Origin: Octopus vulgaris
Taxonomy: Eukaryota
DNA: 64,000 nt
Assembly (NCBI GenBank): GCA_951406725.2
Contig: OX597821.1
Coordinates: 55,738,001 to 55,802,000 of the forward strand
Reading direction: 5' to 3'
The notes beneath the pieces were generated by a model. That model made no database searches and was not told where the DNA came from. It saw nothing but the letters and a program-made list of their open reading frames with translations. A program made the position numbers and the translations under genes. Shown piece after piece: positions 54,806-64,000 of this stretch; the first letter of the stretch is position 1, and each line of letters opens with the position of its first letter.

Positions 54806-54981
54806 ATATAAACCTTTGAAGTGTACAATTGGCATATTATTTACTTATACATACAAACAAACAAACAAAAATACAGCGTTGTTGATGTTGAAATTCCAGT
54901 GAAGGAACCTTGGACTTAAGTCAGAAACCGGCTCTTTCTCTACTGGCAAGAAATCTTCAAATAAACCCGGGCAATCACCTA

Positions 54982-55055
<74 letters not shown>

Positions 55056-55229
55056 ATATATATATATATGTATATATATATAACGTAAATTATACTAGCC
55101 ATCTCAATATGGCTAACCACTAAGGGTAGGTGTTACTGAAAAATGTTAATAGGAAGGTTTGGAGATACATTTTTCAGTAACACCCACCCTTAGTGGTTAG
55201 CCATATTGAGATGGCTAGTATAATTTACG

Positions 55230-55298
<69 letters not shown>

Positions 55299-55467
55299 GG
55301 TGATTGCTCGGGTTTATTTGAAGATTTCTTACCAGTAGAGAAAGAGCCGGTTTCTGACTTAAGTCCAAGATTCCTTCATTGGAATTTCAACATCAACAAC
55401 GCTTTATTTTTGTTTGTTTGTTTGTATGTATAAGTAAATAATATGCCAATTGTACACTTCAAAGGTT

Positions 55468-55472
<5 letters not shown>
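54806..55472. repeat. Long near-perfect palindrome (arms 54806-55146 and 55167-55472, 20-nt spacer)
   Basis: Arms are reverse complements apart from a few substitutions and TA-tract length; part of the arm recurs at 56402-56545. Confidence 0.92.
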
Positions 55473-55514
<42 letters not shown>

Positions 55515-55588
55515 ATTCGGGGTGAGTACTTGATAATTGTAAGCACCTGTATATACCGTTTGGTGGTGTAGGTGGTGGAGTAAATTGT

Positions 55589-56299
55589 TCAAAATAAAAA
55601 CATGATGCCAAGGATTCAGCGGTACATATGTTTCGGGCCTTTATTAGACAGATTTATAACAATGCATAATGTATGTCTGTGGCCTTCTTCAGCCGCGCAC
55701 AACAACTTCCACAAGGACATGTGTTACATCAAAAATTCTTGGTTGGGGATGCAAATCCCCTCATTCGCGTACGACATAATGCGGCAACAGCATAGAATTG
55801 AAGCGTCCATCTCGTTCTTCTCTCAATGTAGAATGAGGAAATTTGGATGTTGAAGTAATGTAAATAAATTAATAAATAAATACATATATAGACGTGAAGG
55901 GACCTGGTAATAAGAGTAAATAGGGGTAAAGATGGAGGAGCGAGAATTCAGGACGAATGATAAAAAATATATAAAAAGTGTAAGTATAGAAAAATATAAA
56001 AGTGTAGAGTATAAAGATATAAAGAGATATAAGGAGATATAAAGGGGATATAAAGAATATAAAAAAAATATAAATGAATATAAAGGTATAAAGTTATAAA
56101 GTAAAAATAGAAATAGAAATAAAAGTAAAAATAGAAATAAAAATAAAAATAAAAATAGGAATAAAAATAATAAAAAATGTAAAAGAATATAAGGATACGG
56201 GATGTACATCCCGTATCCTTACGCATTGTTATAAATCTGTCTAATAAAGGCCCGAAACATATGTACCGCTGAATCCTTGGCATCATGTTTTTATTTTGA
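55589..56299. repeat. 77-bp inverted repeats (55589-55665 and 56223-56299) around an A-rich spacer
   Basis: TCAAAATAAAAACATGATGCCAAGG...TTATAACAATGC and its reverse complement; the ORF track shows the identical peptide [21 protein letters not shown] on both strands. Confidence 0.9.
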
Positions 56300-56301
56300 T
56301 C

Positions 56302-56340
<39 letters not shown>

Positions 56341-56545
56341 CACACATACTGATAAACAAAAAACAAACACAACACTGTGTGTGCATAAACACACACACGT
56401 TATACATACATACAAAGAAACAAACAAAAATACAGCGTTGTTGATGTTGAAATTCCAATGAAGGAACCTTGGATTTAAGTCAGAAACCGGCTCTTTCTCT
56501 ACTGGTAAGAAATCTTCAAATAAACCCGAACAATCACCTACATCA

Positions 56546-56690
<145 letters not shown>

Positions 56691-56724
56691 GTTTATTATG
56701 TTTATATATATATATATATATATA

Positions 56725-56935
56725 TAACGGGAAGCTTTATGAAAATAAACAAAAGACGAAGGCAGGTGGAATATAAACAAATAATTGTATTAGTATGACG
56801 CTCAGGAATATAAATAAAACAAGTCTTTTACGTTTCGAGCCTACGCTCTTCAACAGAAAGATACACAGAAAAGAAACACGGAGAGAAACAAGGAGAGAAA
56901 CAAGGAGAGAAAAAAAATGCGTGCAGAAGCTAAAA
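56725..56935 (-). mobile_element. PLE-terminal-type short repeat with an HHR-like motif
   Basis: Minus strand 56823-56860 reads TTGAAGA GCGTAGGCTC GAAA CG TA; adjacent to (TA)n. Confidence 0.45.
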
Positions 56936-56940
56936 GTATA

Positions 56941-57639
56941 CTACCCATCTCAATATGGCTAACCACTAAGGGTGGGTGTTACTGAAGCCCCAGGAGATCA
57001 TCGATCCAGCTGGCTTTAAACACACTTTCTGTGCCCTTATGGTATTCGCAAAAAGAGGTCATCCCCTCTCGTAAACCTAAGTGATACGCATGGACTATAG
57101 TTTCGAGGTTCTTGCCTCTCGTCATCGTACGGTAATTACCGGTTTTCGATGAGGGGAGACCTGTTTGCGAATATCTATTTAATGTTTTTCCCAGCAACCA
57201 CTGTCACTGATTTCGAAAAACTGTCTGAAAGCAATAATAAATCTCTGAACGCGATGTAAACAGTAACCGTTCGACAACGTAAAGTATATTAGACATCTCA
57301 ATATGGCTAACCACTAAGGGTGGGTGCTACTGAAGCTTTTAGCCCCAGGAGATCATCATCTCCAGCTGGCTTTAGACACACTTTCTGTGCCCTTATGATA
57401 TTCGCAAAGGGAGGTCATCCCCTGTGCGTATCACTTAGGTTTACGAGAGGGGATGACCTCCCTTTGCGAATATCATAAGGGCACAGAAAGTGTGTCTAAA
57501 GCCAGCTGGAGACGATGATCTCCTGGGGCTAAAAGCTTCAGTAGCACCCACCCTTAGTGGTTAGCCATATTGAGATGGTTAGTATACTTTACGATGTCGA
57601 GCGGTTACTGCTTACATCTCGTTCAGAGATTTATTATTG

Positions 57640-57640
<1 letters not shown>
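56941..57640. mobile_element. Retrozyme-like unit: ~1.4 tandem copies (-) joined head-to-head to a (+) copy
   Basis: CATCTCAATATGGCTAACCACTAAGGG at 56946 and 57294 (348-bp period); the (+) copy spans 57424-57640. Confidence 0.8.
57087..57131 (-). ncRNA. Minimal type-I hammerhead motif (C3 mutated)
   Basis: CGTACG ATGACGA GAGG-CAAGAA-CCTC GAAA CTATAG TC CATGCG: perfect helix II, palindromic helix III and GUC triplet. Confidence 0.72.
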
Positions 57641-57697
<57 letters not shown>

Positions 57698-57727
57698 GCA
57701 TGCATACATACATACATTCATACATAT

Positions 57728-58635
57728 GACTTAGTTACAACATTTTCAAAGAGAGTCTTGACCTAGTTACAATATTAGCTACAATATTCTCAAAGGATTT
57801 AGAATTGGAGTTTGGTCATATTAGTATATGGCTGTGAAAAAGGGGGGAAACAATAAACTAGGCTAGTAACATCTCAATCAATGATTTGACTGTTTGCCCT
57901 GTATCTGACGAGGAATGCTACAGGTGTCTAGGAGTGGAGAAAAATATATCTTACGGTGGCACCTGTAACAAAACACATGTAACTGAAGAATATTACAGCC
58001 AAATCAAAAAAACTTTGGACCTCAGAACTCTCTGCATTCAATAAAACAGTGGCTCAGTAAAACGTGACAAACGTTGCAGACTTTATGGAGTTAACACCGA
58101 AGATATCCCCCACATAATAAGCAGTTGTCCGAAAATATCATCACGGAATTATCTACCGATGAGATACGATGTTTCAGCAAGGATACTGTATAATAAGATC
58201 AGTCGGAAGTTTATCCGCGAAGAGAAAGATATAAGAACCCAAAGTATGATAGAAGCCAAAGCCACTCATAATAAAACGGAGTACTCGTAGAATGTCCCAA
58301 TGAAATCCTGGATAAAATGTAAACACAATAAACTTGATATAATGATTTGGGATAGAGAAAAGAAACTGTGTACAGTCATGTAAATCAGCTGCCCAATGGA
58401 TGCTAACATAAAGCTGAAGATCAGTGAAAGAGAGAATACCTATGCTGAACGAATTGTGAAATCTGACGTTACTCTATCCAGATTACAAGTTCAGGTTTAT
58501 ACCTATAATTATTAGGGCCCTTGGATACGTAATACACTTCATAAAAACAAAAAAAACAATTTTGAGAAATTAGTCTTCTCAAAACTAGAAAGGAGAAGGC
58601 TAATTCGAAGACTACAGATCCAAACCATCACAGTA
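57728..58635 (+). mobile_element. R4/Dong-like LINE C-terminal fragment (CCHC plus REL endonuclease)
   Basis: DLVTTFSK, CRLYGVNTEDIPHIISSCPK, KCKHNKLDIMIWDREKKLCTV and FIPIII.ALG; same family as 12300-13600. Confidence 0.85.
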
Positions 58636-58649
58636 ATAAACGGTCCGTC

Positions 58650-59430
58650 AGTACTCTTTTTTGAGTGGCTATGGCTTCTGCCATGCTGTGGGTTCTTATT
58701 TCTTTGTCCTCTGAGTTACCTTTCCGACGAATTTAATTATGGAGTGGTGTCCCAGCTACAACATCATATATCATCGGTAAATAATACTGTGCTGACATTT
58801 TCGGACAACTAATGTGGGTGATATCTTTGGTGCTGACTCCACAAAGTATGCATTGGTTGTCTCATGTTACTGCATTTCCTGCATCTCTATCCCTCTTGTG
58901 CAATTGGTTTTTCGTTGATGTTTCCAGTTCCTATATTGCAACCCAATGTATTTATGTATGTATGTATGTATATATACATGTATGTATGTATGTATGTCAT
59001 TGTTCGGTTCCGTTTCAAGATTTCTTGCCAATAGGCATATCTCCACGGCTTTTTTCGAAGCCATATCCAATTTCTTGCTTTTCATAATAAACGTTTTAAT
59101 ACAACGGGACGCGTTGTACGTCACTTCACTGGGACGGGTCACTTTCACCTCGTGCCTCTCCCTTTGAATTAGTCCTTTATACTTGATTAGTTCCTTTTGG
59201 TCTACATTCAGGTCTTTCCTGTTCACACAAGTTGCCGCTGCAAAATGTGTCACTTTGTTATTTCCCGGTTCGATTTCTGTTTCTTTCAGGATTTGTTTTC
59301 CGGTAGGCATGTTCAGAATTGGTTCAGTAGTGTCCTTGCCAGAGTAACTACTCATTTTTCAAATAATACTTTTTGGTGTAAGCACCCCACAAAAACAATG
59401 ATAATTTCCCCCTTCACGCAAGGGGCAAAA
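58650..59430 (-). mobile_element. Inverted, internally deleted copy of the same R4/Dong-like LINE
   Basis: 58655-58870 is the reverse-complement homolog of 58060-58275; the upstream ORF 58867-59355 is probably the element N-terminus, interrupted by (TACA)n. Confidence 0.65.
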
Positions 59431-60474
59431 ATGTTCAAAATTCTGCCAAATGCAGTAAAACAATGTGTTTATTTTTATTCACACAACAAATGGAAGAGCA
59501 AATTTAACAATTCAATTAAAAATTAATATAACCAGCAAATTACAATATAATACGTCAAACTCGGCGTCCAGATAACGAATTCTAGGAACGCAGTTCAAGT
59601 TGATTTTTATACCTTAAAACCTTCATTTCGGTTTTCATTTCGGTTTGCGACTGCCACCCACGGCATTCAACGCAGCTGCGTTTTGGCGTCTCGTTTCAGA
59701 GAAAGTTCAAGGGTTACCTGTAATTTGGATCTCAGCCATAAACCAGCATGTCTTGGAATATTTGCACTTACATCTCCGAAATAGATTTCCAGAATTTACC
59801 ATATAAAAATGACATTTGAAAAAATCGCGTTTCTTTTGTGGTTCAGTGTATATTCTCAAAAACGCTTTTCGAAAAGCGGTTTATTTATATTACTATGTTT
59901 GGTTATCAAAACACTATGCAAAATTAGAAAAATGAAAAAAAACAAAAGTTCTATAGAAACATTTGTGATTTTTGCTATCAGAGAAAGTAAAACAAACAGG
60001 GAAAATATATTTATTGTGCTTACATCTTCTCCTGAAATCGTTAATGATTAAAAGAGGTTTAGTAGTGAATATACTTTCCTTTTCTTGGTCATGCCATTTA
60101 CATGATGGTATATATTTGAACCGCAATAAATCTATACAAATGGTATGTCAGTTAGATTAACGAAAAGAGATTTTGAAGAACTTTTCTACTGTTAAGAATA
60201 GTTAAAATGTCGATTATAAGAATGAAAATCAAAAGGAGGAACGGATTATCTAAATCTGCTGCTAGATATAATGGCAGCTGTCACTATGTACTCTAAAAGT
60301 TCACATGCTTTGTTGCTAGTTTACTAGTCGATTTGATTGGTTTCACTGAGATGAACTTAAATTCTGTCTAACTTTAAAGTGAATCTAAACGTAAAAGCAT
60401 GAGAAAAGATTACTTGGAAGAATAATACACACGGTGCGCGCACACACACACACATATACATACATACATACATG

Positions 60475-60575
<101 letters not shown>

Positions 60576-60879
60576 TTACATATATATATATATTTACATG
60601 TACGTATTATAAACATACGTATACATGTGTGACACTCTGTATGCGAGCGTGTGTGCGTGGGCATGTGTGGGTTGAACTGGTTGCTGTTTAGCGGGCCGAT
60701 CCGCAGAACAAATTCACGACATGCGGCTTGGAAACCTGACCTCGATCTCTCACCACATCCGCCCCGCGGACAATTCGACACAATATCTTATGTGTTTAGC
60801 TTTACCAGGCTTCGAAGAGAACAACATTGTATTTTTCCTTCGAAACCCACACTACTTTCAGTCCCAGTTAATCATCCAT

Positions 60880-61875
60880 CCAACTCTAACACATATCCAC
60901 CTAACACACACTGCGCATACACTTCTCACACATTCTCTGTACTCATTCATACGGAAAAACACCGCACAAATACACATATGCACACATATACGCCATTCAT
61001 TCCATGACCCACATGCCTCACAAAATCCTACATACGTATTTTAACGCTCCCTTCCATACGCCTCATACACATACACACTGACTACAGCGCGCATGCATAC
61101 ACACACACACACTAATGCTATACTTATGCACATTTTCACAAATCCATATCAGATGCACAAATATATACGCACGCAGCGTGTAGACACACACACATACACA
61201 TATGTACAAATATACCTTGACTACTTACAACATACCTTTTTCCGTATCAAATACGCCTACACACGCACAGACTCACATAACTTTATGAAAGATATTTTTG
61301 ATTCATTATGCATACACACACACAGCAGGCCTGTACGTATATCAGCCATATAGAAACACACAAGGACATTCAGTCACACATACACACACACAGAAATTGC
61401 AAATGTACACACATTCGCACACAAATACACAGGCACAAAATAAGTGCACACATACACACTAAACGGTCTTATGTATCACTTATTACACAGCCAGTTAACT
61501 TCCATTAGAGAAGGACCAACCATTACACAAACACACGAACCCTCTCGCTATACAATATGGCCGACAATACATCCACATTCACACACATAGAGTCGTACAT
61601 AAACCAAACATAATAGCACACAAACACACACTAACATGTACACAGGTAACACAAACACGCATTCACACAGACACACCCTAATTCTCGCCTACACATTTGC
61701 GTCCACACACTGACATGCACACATGCACTGACACTCACATAAATATAGACACATAGACAAATACCCACCAACGCCCACACACAAAGCATCATGAATACAC
61801 AGAAATTACTTCTCAATTTCCCTCACGCATACATCATATTCATACGCGCGCGCGTACACACACACATACACAAAC
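60880..61875. repeat. Long degenerate CA-rich low-complexity tract
   Basis: About 1 kb of interrupted CACA/CATA motifs with strong strand asymmetry. Confidence 0.85.
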
Positions 61876-62094
61876 ACTTTCACAGACAGTTGACTGTACA
61901 TGTATGCGCTCATCTTTGTTAAAAGACCCCATACAGTCCATTATCCAACTTCCTGTGAGTCAACTGACAGCATTCGGCCAATACGAGGTGTTTCTTTTTC
62001 GGTATTTTCCAGATTGTTTTATCGTTTCTAGATTCTTGTTTCTTTTTCCAGTTTCTCCCACATCTTCCATTCTCTCATTTTCCAATATCTAAAG

Positions 62095-63420
62095 AAGTAC
62101 AATGCCCGAAACCATGGCATACAAATGCTCAGGAATCAATGAACTAGATACTGTACAACACACACACAAGAAATAAAGATAAGGAAGGAATATTATAGAT
62201 GAACTATATGCTATCATAGGTGAACTCGGTGATTACATAAAACAGAGCCAAATTCAAAAGATATGGTAATAGACATCAACACTTTAGCAGTCCCAGTTAT
62301 ATGTTACAGTTATGATATTCTTCACCTGGACACTAAATGAATAAGCATGACTAGGTGGAAAGGGAAGAAATATAATGACTGCATGTAGAATACACCACCT
62401 AAATTTGACCTAGAAAAGTTATATATATATATATATATAGCACGAATTGAAGGAGGTAGGGGTCATAGGAAATTATTATAAAATATCCCCCATAGGACTG
62501 CGAAAATAGTTAATTCAGAATCATGGAAAACCGATACAAATATCTACAAAACATAAACAAATCAAAAAGATGCTTTCTGTTTTCAAGGAAGCAATGGCCA
62601 TAATAATTTATGAAGCAAAAAAAGAAATAGCAAAAATTATAAAGCATCTAAAATCTATGCTAAAAATTGAGAAGCAGCTACAATCTAAGCTAAAATATAT
62701 ATCAGAATATCATGATAAAACGATAGCAAGGAATGTCAACCAGTGGAATAAGCTAAACAGAAAAGAAATAAGCAGGGTAAAATCCCAACACTGGCTGAGA
62801 AGCGCAGGACTCAAAGCAGAATTTGAAGGAGTTTTAACTCTGGTACGAGAAATTACCAAAAACACAAAATGAAGCAGAATACAATACGTAACTGCAGAAT
62901 ATGTGGTGATGGAAAAGGATAAAAAATCTAATCATATTGTCTATGACTGTCCAGTCTTTCCATGAAGGAATAAATTTACAAGCATGGGAGTACTGGGATT
63001 TACATACACTGGATGTTGTGCAAATACTACTGAATGCTAACAGAAAGAAAAATATGGTGTAGGCATGTTCCAGAAAAGGTTTCAGAAAACGATAGGGCAG
63101 CGATAACTCTAGGATTTTCCAGTACATACAGACAAATCAAAGTTAAGAGGCCAGATATTTTTGCTAAATGCTACTAAGGGGAAAATCGACAAATCAGTCC
63201 TAACAAATGGCAAGGTATTTCTAATAGAAAGCGGAAATAGAAATAATCCAGATGTGGAACCTGAGGACAGAAAACGATCCTAACAAGAACAGGTGTGTTA
63301 GGTATGGTCAAAAACATACGGACAAAACATGACGAGAAAAAGAGATAAAAGTACACACAATACACAAAACATGTGAACACAGTATTTATACCCACTTAAA
63401 CGTGGATTTTCTATTAGAAG
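62095..63420 (+). mobile_element. R4/Dong-like LINE fragment (post-RT to C-terminus)
   Basis: INTLAVPVICYSY, HHPK-like, RIEGGRG, SQHWLRSAGLKAEFEG, CRICGDG and DFPVHTDK; heavily frameshifted. Confidence 0.82.
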
Positions 63421-63530
63421 AAAAACATTACTGAGGTACATACCATGAGAGAATTTCCCACATCGGCTTTACGTGCAAAATAGACTATTGTTTGTATCTC
63501 TTGCGGTTTATAAATCACCACCATCTCCAG

Positions 63531-63583
63531 CGTCGAGACCCTGGATCACGTGATTTCGACCTTCTTTGGTCTCGTCAGTGACG
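63531..63583 (-). ncRNA. Type-I hammerhead ribozyme motif with intact core
   Basis: CGTCA CTGACGA GACC-AAAGAA-GGTC GAA ATC-ACGTGATCCAG-GGT C TCGACG: helix II has 4 perfect pairs, helix III is AUC/GGU, GUC triplet, and helix I has one bulge. Confidence 0.72.
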
Positions 63584-64000
63584 TTCATCTATTATTGAAA
63601 CCACTTCTGTGATCTTGCGTTAGAGGTCGTATGCTGTAATATCATTATCACCAACAAGTGACATTGATTACCCAGTAGAAAAGTGTGTTGAGATAATCTG
63701 TGAGAATTATTTCACGCTATCGATTCCAGTGCACTAGGATATCTCATAAAACTTATATATCACAAGGTGTACTTAAACAAATATAGTCTGAAACACTTTT
63801 GCTCTATTAGCACTCTATTCAGCACTAAAGAGTGTCTTCATTGAACGCTAGATTGAAAGGACTAAACCCATCTAAACTCCAAGAGACCGATAAGAAAGAT
63901 GCAAAATGATGGTTACTGTTAGTAGAGAGCACCTACAGAAAACAATGATGATGATATTATAGGCAGTTGCTTTCGGCTGGAAAAGAATTAAACAGATAAT

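Overview
AT-rich, repeat-dominated eukaryotic DNA (intergenic or deep intronic). The SINE families and microsatellite profile point to an octopus (coleoid cephalopod) genome; this is an inference from recalled repeat consensus sequences. I find no intact host protein-coding gene, and most listed ORFs are microsatellite translations. The window is a mosaic of decayed mobile elements: a complete non-autonomous Helitron carrying a PIF1-helicase fragment, HINE-like pieces, two copies of a Tc1 element with DD36E spacing (Incomer-like), mariner and DD37D remnants, R4/Dong-type, Tx1/L1-type and CR1-type LINE fragments, Penelope-like element (PLE) fragments, and four tRNA-derived SINE families. The most notable signal is about ten type-I hammerhead ribozyme (HHR) motifs, intact or degenerate, in several unrelated short repeat families. 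These include a ~350-bp retrozyme-like unit in direct and fold-back arrangements, where one copy starts 1 nt from the predicted cleavage site. All coordinates, alignments and folds were done by eye, so boundaries of decayed elements are approximate.
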